Source: a virus (lineage: Duplodnaviria > Caudoviricetes). From it: a stretch of DNA of 64,000 bases. Where the stretch lies: IMG/VR virus record IMGVR_UViG_2773857716_000001, positions 28,559 to 92,558 of that record; one strand, 5' to 3'. How positions within the stretch are numbered: position 1 is the first letter of the stretch; every line of letters begins with the position of its first letter. The notes below the pieces were generated by a model, which was not told where the DNA came from, made no database searches, and saw nothing but the letters and a program-made list of their open reading frames with translations. Shown piece by piece: positions 1 through 7,711 of the stretch. The translations under genes and the position numbers were made by a program.

Positions 1-341
1 CGGAGGTGGGCGGCGTAGGCGGGGGAGGTGGGCTGGACGGTGAGGCAGCCGGTGGCGTCGAGGGAGACGGGCTGGACCTTGCCGACGAGCTCGGGGCACA
101 GGGTGTGCCATTGGTCGACGATGTTGCCGCCGGCCATGCCGGTCTTCCAGTCCTGCTCGGCCTCGATGCGCTTGATGACGTTGCCGAGCCCGACGGGGTC
201 GCGGCCGTCGCCTGGTCGCGCACGCACGGTCTTGCTCTTGCGCTTGGTGGGGTCGTTGCCGGGGATGGCCCAGCTGCGGTTTTTGTAGGCGGCGAGGGCT
301 TCGCGGCAGATGTCTTTGCCGGACGGCTGGGGCTCAGTCAT
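1..341 (-). CDS. dciA: DciA (DUF721) family protein, 3' end outside window
   Basis: Manual translation from ATG at 341 (overlaps the upstream stop): MTEPQPSGKDICREALAAYK...DGRDPVGLGNVIKRIEAEQDW...GNIVDQW...LTVQPTSPAYAAHLR, matching the actinobacterial DUF721 pattern. Confidence 0.75.
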   Translation of the reverse strand, partial: MTEPQPSGKDICREALAAYKNRSWAIPGNDPTKRKSKTVRARPGDGRDPVGLGNVIKRIEAEQDWKTGMAGGNIVDQWHTLCPELVGKVQPVSLDATGCLTVQPTSPAYAAHL

Positions 342-1039
342 CGGGTCACCTCTCGGACGGGAATGCCGGCGGCGCGGGCGAGCTTCATGCAGTTGCGGGT
401 GCCGTAGGACCGGCCGAGGGGAAATCCGAGACAGAGGTACGCTCCGCGGCGCACGAGTTCGGCGTTCCGGCGGGGACCGGCCGAGGGGCAGAAGTCATCC
501 AGTTTGCCGGGGTGAGCGGTGTCGCCAGGCTTCTTTCGGCGGCGGTGCCCAGGGCCGGGCGGACAGTTGGGAGCACAGTGATCCCAGTCGGCTTCCAGGC
601 GCTCGGAGACGATGCCGTACGCCTCATGGGTCCGTGCCCAGCGATGAACGATGGGATCAGCTCCGTCGGGGCAAGCCCCCTCCACGAAGGCGACGCGCAC
701 GCCGTGGCCATAGATCTGCACCGCGTCGTGCCAGGAGTCCAGGAGCGCGTCCTCGATGAGCTGGGTGTCCCGGTGTTCGCGGGAGCCAGTGGTCAGGATG
801 CGCACGGTGCGGAGGGTGAGTGTCACCGACCGGATGATCGGCGCTGGCAGCGTGGCGTTGAGTCGTTCGATCAGGTTGGGACCGGCCAGACGCAAGAGGC
901 TGTGGGCCGCGGGGTTGTCGCAGCGCACGGTCAGCTTCTGCGTCTCTTCGTCGTAACCGACCGGTGCGATGTTGCTGGTCGTCACCACCTCTTTCCACGC
1001 CTCTCGCAATTCGGAGGCGAGGTTGATCTCGCGGCTCAT
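338..1039 (-). CDS. DciA/DUF721 domain fused to a SLOG (YspA/DUF2493-like) domain
   Basis: N-term PVGYDEETQKLTVRCDNPAAHSLLRLAGPNLIERLN (DUF721 core); C-term RILTTGSR...EGACPDGAD...AGPRRNAELV...GTRNCMKLARAAGIPV (SLOG motifs). Confidence 0.75.
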   Translation of the reverse strand: MSREINLASELREAWKEVVTTSNIAPVGYDEETQKLTVRCDNPAAHSLLRLAGPNLIERLNATLPAPIIRSVTLTLRTVRILTTGSREHRDTQLIEDALLDSWHDAVQIYGHGVRVAFVEGACPDGADPIVHRWARTHEAYGIVSERLEADWDHCAPNCPPGPGHRRRKKPGDTAHPGKLDDFCPSAGPRRNAELVRRGAYLCLGFPLGRSYGTRNCMKLARAAGIPVREVTR

Positions 1040-2517
1040 GCGTAGACCTCCTGGTCGGCGAGGTAGCGGTTGACGGCGGCGTTGGTGTAAACGCGGCGGG
1101 CGTCGGCCTCACCCATCCAAGAGATGGCGATTCCGATGATGGCCGGGTCCTTGGCGGCCGCGGCGCGCTGATCGATGACCTCGGCGCGGGACAGGGATGC
1201 CGGGTCGAAGGTTGTGGTTGCGGCGGTGTACTCGGTGCAGCCCTCCTCCGCGACCGGGGCCTGCTGGACGCGGGTGAAGGCTTCGGCAACCAGGCGCTGG
1301 ACGTGGGCGCTGGACGGGCCGGGTCCGAACGTCTCGTACTGCGTGCGGTCGTGCTCGCTTCGGGCGGCCTGCCGGGAGTCACGCCACGCCTGGACGCACT
1401 CCTGCCGGGCCTGGGGGGTGCGGAGGATCCGGGTGGCGCCCTTGAGGCGGCGGGCGAGGACTCCGGACGGGCGGCGGATGCCCTGGTCGTCACCGATGGC
1501 GAACTGGGACAGGTAAGCGGCCACCTCGGTGACGGACCAGCCGGCGTCCGCGACTTCGCGGGCTACCCAGGCGATACGGGCGGGGCTGGCGCCGCCGAGC
1601 CACGGGACCTGGGCGACGAGCTCACGGCCGAGCTGATGGCGACGGCCGACGCGGTTGAGGGCGCGACGGGCCCGCTGCTTGGGAATCTTCGGGGTGGGGC
1701 AATCGCTGGTCCCGCTGGCGAGCTTGCTCTCAGGGGGATAGGTAGTAGTTCCCGCAGATGTCGTCGTAGAGGTACCACCCTGCATTGGGGTGCAACGGGC
1801 CCTGCGCTGAGACGGCTTCCGGGAGCGGGTGCGGTGGACCTTCCGGGCGGCCTTCTTCGCGAGCTTCCCGATGGTGCTGCGGGACTCCTCGGCGATGCCG
1901 ACGGGACGCCGTTGCACCCCTTCGCCGATGATGCGGATGCCGAGGGCCTCGTCGAACGCGACCGGGATGACCCGCTCGTACACGGATGCCTGCGCACCGA
2001 CGCCGGAGACGCGGGTGCCCTTGGAGCGGTAGGCGAGGAGTCCGGCTTCGCGGAGCATGTCGAAGTGGTACTGCACGGCTCGCTCGGACAGCCCCAGCTT
2101 GCGCGCGAGGTAGGCGATCCCGGGGCGGCACTCGGTGAGCGCGGCGATCTCCTGGCAGATGCGGATGGTGGTCTGGTTCATGCCGCGAGGGCCGTGGGTG
2201 CGGCTGGGCTTGTAGAGGCCGGAGCTGTGGACCCAGTGGACGGACTGCATCCAGGAGTGGCCGCAGGTGGCGACACGTCCGGTGGTGGTGCCGATCCATT
2301 GGCCGTTGGGGGCGACACGGAGTGCCGTCTGAGCGCTGTGGTTGCGCTGCCCGGGGAGGGAAATCCGGGACGAATCGCCCAAGTCGGGGGCGTGAAGCTG
2401 ACAAGCGGTGTCGACGTCGTGCAAGATAGGTCCCGTCGTCAGGCACGCCTGATGGCATGCGAAAGGCCTTCGGGTCGGTCGTTGCTTCTCGGCAGAAGCG
2501 GATTGCTCGGAGCGCAA
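1036..2517 (-). CDS. HTH protein, putative replication initiator (true start probably downstream of 2517)
   Basis: ECRPGIAYLARKLGLSERAVQYHFDMLREAGLL winged-HTH typical of initiators; stop overlaps the start of the DciA-SLOG gene. Confidence 0.6.
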   Translation of the reverse strand: MRSEQSASAEKQRPTRRPFACHQACLTTGPILHDVDTACQLHAPDLGDSSRISLPGQRNHSAQTALRVAPNGQWIGTTTGRVATCGHSWMQSVHWVHSSGLYKPSRTHGPRGMNQTTIRICQEIAALTECRPGIAYLARKLGLSERAVQYHFDMLREAGLLAYRSKGTRVSGVGAQASVYERVIPVAFDEALGIRIIGEGVQRRPVGIAEESRSTIGKLAKKAARKVHRTRSRKPSQRRARCTPMQGGTSTTTSAGTTTYPPESKLASGTSDCPTPKIPKQRARRALNRVGRRHQLGRELVAQVPWLGGASPARIAWVAREVADAGWSVTEVAAYLSQFAIGDDQGIRRPSGVLARRLKGATRILRTPQARQECVQAWRDSRQAARSEHDRTQYETFGPGPSSAHVQRLVAEAFTRVQQAPVAEEGCTEYTAATTTFDPASLSRAEVIDQRAAAAKDPAIIGIAISWMGEADARRVYTNAAVNRYLADQEVYA

Positions 2518-2546
2518 CCGGGGTGGTACTCGGGGCGGTCCGAACG

Positions 2547-2612
2547 CTGGAGGGCTGGTAACCCGTCCAGCAGCAGAGGGGCCGTAGTCCGGCCGGTGCT
2601 GGTAACACCGGT
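2547..2612 (-). promoter_or_regulatory. Two hairpins in the rep leader, each containing GTTACCAGC (minus strand) at the loop
   Basis: ctggagggctggtaacccgtccag (2547-2570) and gccggtgctggtaacaccggt (2592-2612). Confidence 0.55.
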
Positions 2613-2659
2613 TGGCGGAGGCGGCCCGGGGCGGTCGAGGAATCTCCCGCCGGATATGG

Positions 2660-3064
2660 CTACGTCATCTGATCCCCTTCAGTGGGTGGGGTCTGTGCCC
2701 GTTGCTCGACAATGTCGAAGCGAACCGGGCTCGGCAGTTCGTGGGCTCCCGTCCGTCTCGTGTCGAAGTAGAGGCAGTCGAGCAGGACGGCCAGCCTCGC
2801 CTCCAGCTGGTCCGGTCGGTCGCCCAGCCGCGTGCCGGACACTTCCGTGCGGAGGCGAACCGTGCGCGAGGTCAGATCGAGTGAACTCCCGGGCGCGAAG
2901 AACGTATCGACGCTCCTCTGGATCCTCTCGGGAGTCAGGTGCCATTCCTGCTGCTGGACAGATACGCGCGGCTTCGGGCGTGGGCAGGAGACTGCGATGT
3001 TCCAGGTGCGGGCGCTCATCGCTCGCCCTCCACCCAGAACTTGCGGCACGCGGGGCGCTGGCAT
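2660..3064 (-). CDS. hypothetical protein (likely start near 3019, MSART)
   Basis: ORF within a minus-strand run, ATGA overlap with the upstream gene. Confidence 0.45.
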   Translation of the reverse strand: MPAPRVPQVLGGGRAMSARTWNIAVSCPRPKPRVSVQQQEWHLTPERIQRSVDTFFAPGSSLDLTSRTVRLRTEVSGTRLGDRPDQLEARLAVLLDCLYFDTRRTGAHELPSPVRFDIVEQRAQTPPTEGDQMT

Positions 3065-3390
3065 CGACCGGAGGCGTCAACCTTTGAGGCCGGGACCAGA
3101 TCCGCCAGATCGCTTTCCTCGCCGAGTTCCACGCTTCCGTTGCATGCGGCTACGGAAGCCCCGTACACGTATCCGGATCCGGTGACGGCGATGTGCACGA
3201 CGCCCCGGGAGTTCCAGTTGTTGCGGCCTTCGCCGTTGCGAGTGCCGGCGAGGACTGACCCGCGGTACGTCAGTACCCGGCGAGGCTCTTGGGCTTTCGC
3301 GGGGTGGTAGTCGTCGGGTCGGTTGGTCCGATGGTGCAGGACCTCGGCCTGGTAGTCGTGGACCTCAATGCGGCCCACCGCGGCGCTCAT
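3016..3390 (-). CDS. hypothetical protein with C-terminal CxxxxC
   Basis: ORF with overlapping start/stop on both sides. Confidence 0.55.
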   Translation of the reverse strand: MSAAVGRIEVHDYQAEVLHHRTNRPDDYHPAKAQEPRRVLTYRGSVLAGTRNGEGRNNWNSRGVVHIAVTGSGYVYGASVAACNGSVELGEESDLADLVPASKVDASGRCQRPACRKFWVEGER

Positions 3391-3531
3391 CGTGCGCTGT
3401 GGGTAGTGGTGACAGGGTCTCCGCTCTGCGTCGCCGGTGTGATCTTCACGGCGGTGGCTGGAGTCCCACTGTCTGATAGCCCGGGTGTCCGGGTACTCTG
3501 AGCCATATCGCTGGCCTTTCTACGTTGTGGC

Positions 3532-3608
3532 TGGCGGTGGCCGGGTTGACTGCCCGGCAACGGCCCCGCCACGATCCCGGTTACCAGCCGGGGGAGCGGG
3601 GCCGCTCC
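3532..3608 (-). ncRNA. candidate structured small RNA (C4/CI-like antisense RNA)
   Basis: Minus strand: cggccccgc...gcggggccg stem enclosing the hairpin cccgGCTGGTAACcggg, then a gccggg-cagtcaa-cccggc hairpin; the loop is complementary to the rep leader loops. Confidence 0.45.
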
Positions 3609-3770
3609 ATTTGTAGTTTGAGTGGCCGTCAGAAGCTGAATGCTCGTCTGGCGCAGGCCCCAGCCTAGCGGTTTACCTCGCCACCCCTCTACCTCCCTTG
3701 CATACGTGTCGATAACTGTTGATTCATCAATACGACCAGCTCATCGGGTCATCGGCGCCCTCCCGTCCGC

Positions 3771-3797
3771 GTCCTATAGTTTTGGGAAGTAAATAAC
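3771..3797 (+). repeat. 27-bp AT-rich site, exact inverted copy of 18028-18054
   Basis: gtcctatagttttgggaagtaaataac; reverse complement present at 18028-18054. Confidence 0.9.
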
Positions 3798-3833
3798 GGG
3801 AGTCAGCACAGGTCAGGCGCCTGCGGCTTTGAA

Positions 3834-4244
3834 CTACCCGACATCGGCCAGCACGGCGAACTTGGTTGTTGCGGTGTGTGGTTGGGGGATCGGCAGCGGG
3901 TGGACTTGTGCGGTTCTGTCGGGGCCGTCGTGCTGGACGGTGGCCTGCCGGTGTCGGGTGCGGGCTGCTGTGGCGGCGGCGGTGCAGCGGGGGCCGCGGC
4001 AGCCGTGGTTGTTGTAGCCGCCCGCGGTGCCGTGCGGGATGCGGTTGTCGCGGCCTGCGGCTTTTGCCGCGGCCAGGCGTTGGGCGAAGCCGGGGTTGCG
4101 GGCTGCCAGTTGTGTGGGGGTCCTGCGGCTGATGCCGAGCTTGTCGGCGGCGTCGCCGATGCGGACGCCCGAGGCGACGAGGCGCAGGAACTCGACCTGG
4201 GCGGCCTGGTCGAAGGTGACGGGGCGGCCGCGGCCGGCGGTCAC
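3834..4244 (-). CDS. HTH DNA-binding protein with HGT..GY...CRC-like motif
   Basis: IGDAADKLGISRRT HTH; PHGTAGGYNNHGCRGPRC. Confidence 0.6.
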   Translation of the reverse strand: MTAGRGRPVTFDQAAQVEFLRLVASGVRIGDAADKLGISRRTPTQLAARNPGFAQRLAAAKAAGRDNRIPHGTAGGYNNHGCRGPRCTAAATAARTRHRQATVQHDGPDRTAQVHPLPIPQPHTATTKFAVLADVG

Positions 4245-4639
4245 TCGTGGTCTCCGCGCGCGATGTCCTGCTCAGTGTTGGCGCGGTGCCGGCCGTGGGA
4301 TGCGGTGACGGCGACCCGGCGGGCCATGGCCTGGTATCCGGCGTCGACGAGGGCCGTGCGCAGCCGGTCCAGGGCCTGCGGCTCCCAGGTGGGTGCGGAG
4401 ACGATGCGGCCGGCGCGGTAGCCGACTCTCAGGCCGTGCTCGTATATCGCCGTCACCACCTCCTCCGGCACGTCCGGCCACAGCACGGTGGGGAGCTTCG
4501 TGGGCTGACCGAGGACGTCGAGGGTGGCGGCGGCGAGGACGCCGGTGAGCATGTCGGCGGAGGTGACGGCTCGCTGCTCGTGGGAGTGGTCGGCGGCTGC
4601 GACGTCCAGGGCGGCGGGGAGTTCGGGGGTGGTGGTCAT
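4241..4639 (-). CDS. hypothetical protein
   Basis: Start MTTTPELP overlaps the upstream stop. Confidence 0.55.
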   Translation of the reverse strand: MTTTPELPAALDVAAADHSHEQRAVTSADMLTGVLAAATLDVLGQPTKLPTVLWPDVPEEVVTAIYEHGLRVGYRAGRIVSAPTWEPQALDRLRTALVDAGYQAMARRVAVTASHGRHRANTEQDIARGDHE

Positions 4640-5490
4640 GCGGCGGGCTCCAGGACGGTGGTGATGGGGAGGGTGAGGGGCTGGACGGTGCGGACGATCC
4701 GCAGCCGCGGCCGGCGGGCGCCGCTGGTAGTGGGGGCGGCGGGTGTGCGGCGGCCGCGGGCGAGGTGCGGGAACCCGGGCAGGACCAGCTGCACGGGCCG
4801 GGCCGGCGCGATCCGCCGCTGCCGGGAGCCGTCCGTGTTCGGGGCCGCGGCTATGGGCCAGCGCCCGTCCGGGGCGATCCGAACTCCCGCGGGGAGGACG
4901 CCGAGTTCCCGGGCCCGCTCCAGGAGCTGCTGCCTGCTCGCGGTCTCCTTGTCCAGGCCGAGGAGGCCGCACAGGAGGCTGCGGTGCCAGTTGCTGGTGC
5001 GGACGTCCATGCCCGCCCGATACGCGACCAGTTCCTCGTCTGTCTCACGCGCCAACGACTTCAGGAGGGCCTGCTTCTGGGCGGTGCGTGCCTCGTCGAG
5101 CCGGGCGTCGTCCGCTGCAGGTGCCGCGGGTACGCCGGCCTCGCGGCGGCGGGCGATCAGCGCCTTGTGGCGGTCCAGGCTCCGCATCCCGCCGAGGACG
5201 CCCTCGGGTTCGGCGAGCTTGCCATCGGAGGTCTCGGTGAGGCCGTAGGTGCGGCACACGGCCAGGACCGGGCAGGTGCCGCACACGGCCTCGGCCGCCT
5301 CCAGCCGCAGGTTGCGCACCGACGGGCCCTCGCCGCCCTCCTCCGTGTACGGCCCCCATGCGTCCAGGCTCAGGTCCGGGTTGCCCTGGGCGCGGCCGGG
5401 CTGGTCCGGGTCGGGCGCGCACCCGCGGTAGCGCCAGTGGCGGTGGTCTTCGAGCTGTTGGCGTGCCGTCTCCGGCGTGAGGGTGGTCAT
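4636..5490 (-). CDS. WhiB-like (Wbl) Fe-S regulator with C-terminal extension
   Basis: RGC...AVCGTCPVLAVC...EGVLGGM: four Cys plus a G[V]xGG turn. Confidence 0.7.
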   Translation of the reverse strand: MTTLTPETARQQLEDHRHWRYRGCAPDPDQPGRAQGNPDLSLDAWGPYTEEGGEGPSVRNLRLEAAEAVCGTCPVLAVCRTYGLTETSDGKLAEPEGVLGGMRSLDRHKALIARRREAGVPAAPAADDARLDEARTAQKQALLKSLARETDEELVAYRAGMDVRTSNWHRSLLCGLLGLDKETASRQQLLERARELGVLPAGVRIAPDGRWPIAAAPNTDGSRQRRIAPARPVQLVLPGFPHLARGRRTPAAPTTSGARRPRLRIVRTVQPLTLPITTVLEPAA

Positions 5491-5765
5491 GAGGGGTCCC
5501 CGCTTCCGTGCTGCGTGCTGTGCTGGGTGAGGGCGTGGGTGACGATGGCGGTCGCGGCCGCGAGGACGTCCTGCTCGACGCGGTATTGGCGGGCGCCGGC
5601 GACGAGCCGGGCGACGTTCGCGGAGTGGTCCCGGGCTACGGCGGCGTCGGTGATGCGGCGCTCCGCCTGGACGGCGGTCAGGGCGCGGCGCATCCGCCAC
5701 CAGGCCACAGTGAGGCCGGCGGTGGAGAGGAGCGCCACGATCAACGCGGTGAGCATGGCGCTCAC
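5487..5765 (-). CDS. small membrane-anchored protein
   Basis: N-terminal hydrophobic helix; coupled ORF. Confidence 0.55.
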   Translation of the reverse strand: MSAMLTALIVALLSTAGLTVAWWRMRRALTAVQAERRITDAAVARDHSANVARLVAGARQYRVEQDVLAAATAIVTHALTQHSTQHGSGDPS

Positions 5766-5768
5766 CTC

Positions 5769-6011
5769 CTATTCGGTGGTGGGGTCAGTGCGGGCTGCGT
5801 AGTCGGCGACGATCTGCTCGGCCGCGCGGACGACGAGGAGCTCGGAGCGGACGCGTTCAAGCTCTTGCCGGACATACGAAGCGCGCTGGCCCCGGATGAG
5901 GCGCAGCGCGCGGTGGTAGATGAAGCGGGCCCCGGCCCAGACCGCCGCCGGTAGACCGGCGGCAGCCAGGCGCAGGGCCACGGCCTCAGAAGAGGGTGGC
6001 CGTTGGGTCAT
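5769..6011 (-). CDS. hypothetical protein
   Basis: ORF with GAGG RBS upstream. Confidence 0.5.
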   Translation of the reverse strand: MTQRPPSSEAVALRLAAAGLPAAVWAGARFIYHRALRLIRGQRASYVRQELERVRSELLVVRAAEQIVADYAARTDPTTE

Positions 6012-6052
6012 GACTAGACACCTCGGGAATGAGGGAGTGCTGTGGATGTGAA

Positions 6053-6086
6053 GCGGGGCCGCACCGGACTGCCGGTGCGGCCCCGC
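6053..6086. terminator. perfect GC-rich hairpin, probable terminator
   Basis: gcggggccgcaccgg-actg-ccggtgcggccccgc downstream of the PAPS-reductase-like gene. Confidence 0.65.
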
Positions 6087-6113
6087 GGGACGGTTGGGGT
6101 TAGGGGTGGCGGG

Positions 6114-7577
6114 TCACGCCGCAGACCGGGACTGGACGGTCAGCAGTCCGCCCTGCTGGCCGCCGGAGGGGCAGCCGAACGGGGAGCAGCCCTGCACCTC
6201 GTCCTCCTCTTCCTCCAGCTCCAGCTCCCCTTCGAAGGCCAGGTCGAGGAGGTCGCCCTGTTCGAACTCTCGGCGCTGTATGCGGTCGATGGGGGCCTGG
6301 TCCAGCGGCAGAGCCGAGATGTGTAGGAAGCGTTCGCCGTCCAGGCCTGGGCCGGTACGGAAGCGGTGGTCGAAGTCGACGGCGCGCTGCCACTCGGCGG
6401 GATTGGTGTCCCGCATGCGGCGCCAGGAGGCGTTGGAGCGGTACGGGCAGAAGTAGCAAGCGGACTTCGGGGTGGAGGCCCAGCCGCGGGAGGCGAGGTA
6501 TGCCCGGCACTGGGTGCGGGTCATGTTCAGTTCCAGCAGCGGGTGCCGGCTACGGCTGTAGCGGGAGTCCTTGATGTCGGAGGCTCGGTCGATTTCGTCG
6601 GTGGAGAACCCGACCCACTGCTCGACCCACTTTCCGGCCGGGGGCTGGCCGATGCGGCTGAGGCTTCCCAAGCCGCCGCAGACCGAGCACTCGCCGGTCT
6701 CGTCCTCACCGCGCTTGGCGCGCCAGGGAGCGACGCGCTGCCCGGCGCCGTCGCACTTGTTGCAGGGGCGCTCGGCGCCGGCCTTGGCGCCGAGGAGGAG
6801 GCGGACCTGCTCCATGATTCCGCGGATCTTGTATTTCTGGGTGCAGAAGCGTCGGATCATGCCCAGGTCGCGTTCCTGGACCATCTGCCAGGCCACCGGG
6901 ATCCGTCCGCTGGAGTTGCAGCTCGCGCACGGGGCCGGCATCACGTCGAGTCCCAGTCGCTTCATAGCTCGGGCCACGGTAGCTTCCGGGACCGGCGCAT
7001 AGCCATCCTCCGGACCCATCGTGGGGTTCTCGGCGGCGGCCTGCTCCAACTCGGCCAGCGTCACCCGGCCGTTCTCGCGACGCCTGGCAGCCATAGGAAG
7101 CTCATCGAAGAGCCCCCTCCATGCCTTCTGGTCGGCCAGGACCCGGAAGCGAGCCCACCCGCAGCCTTCGCCGGCGCCGTCCAAGCCGTCATCGGATGTC
7201 GTGGTCTGGCCGCACAGCTTCCACGCGGCGACCCGCTTGACCGTGCGCCACTTCGAAGCGGTGAATGCCGGGATGGACGACATCTTGTTCGGGTCGAACA
7301 AGTCGTTGTCGAGGTTGCCGTACTGGACGCGGATGATGGGGATGCCGGCCGGGCGGGCAATCTCCCGCTCCAGGCGGTCGAGGTGGTCGTACACCTCCTG
7401 CGGCTCTGCGCCGGTGTCAGCGAAGATCGCGTAGTCCAGCTTGGGGAGCACGCCCTCTGCGGACAGCATCAGTAGCGTCGTGGACTGCACCCCTGCCCCT
7501 AGGGACAGGACCCGCAGTGTTGGGGTGTCGGTGACGTCGCCCTCAATGACTCGCTTGGCGACGGTGGAGATGGTCAT
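6114..7577 (-). CDS. PAPS-reductase / adenine nucleotide alpha-hydrolase family protein with Zn-finger insertions
   Basis: VLSLGAGVQST (PP-loop variant), AIFADTGAE, CTQKYKI, VGFSTDE, KSACYFCPY; start MTIST after GGAAAGGA RBS. Confidence 0.75.
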   Translation of the reverse strand: MTISTVAKRVIEGDVTDTPTLRVLSLGAGVQSTTLLMLSAEGVLPKLDYAIFADTGAEPQEVYDHLDRLEREIARPAGIPIIRVQYGNLDNDLFDPNKMSSIPAFTASKWRTVKRVAAWKLCGQTTTSDDGLDGAGEGCGWARFRVLADQKAWRGLFDELPMAARRRENGRVTLAELEQAAAENPTMGPEDGYAPVPEATVARAMKRLGLDVMPAPCASCNSSGRIPVAWQMVQERDLGMIRRFCTQKYKIRGIMEQVRLLLGAKAGAERPCNKCDGAGQRVAPWRAKRGEDETGECSVCGGLGSLSRIGQPPAGKWVEQWVGFSTDEIDRASDIKDSRYSRSRHPLLELNMTRTQCRAYLASRGWASTPKSACYFCPYRSNASWRRMRDTNPAEWQRAVDFDHRFRTGPGLDGERFLHISALPLDQAPIDRIQRREFEQGDLLDLAFEGELELEEEEDEVQGCSPFGCPSGGQQGGLLTVQSRSAA

Positions 7578-7711
7578 GCGGAGGTCCTTTCCGTGAGCAG
7601 GGTCTGTGGGCCGCGTGGGTGGCGCGGCAACGGGTGAGGCCGGGAGGGCCGGAGCGACGACCGCTTCGGCCGGCACTTCCCGCCCCTCCACATCCAGCTG
7701 CGCACCTGTCA

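Noticed and set aside
1303-3087. 594-aa plus-strand ORF and many other long antisense ORFs (e.g. 21028-22833, 29270-31036, 31919-33736)
   Set aside because: Shadow frames of real minus-strand genes in high-GC DNA; no recognisable motifs
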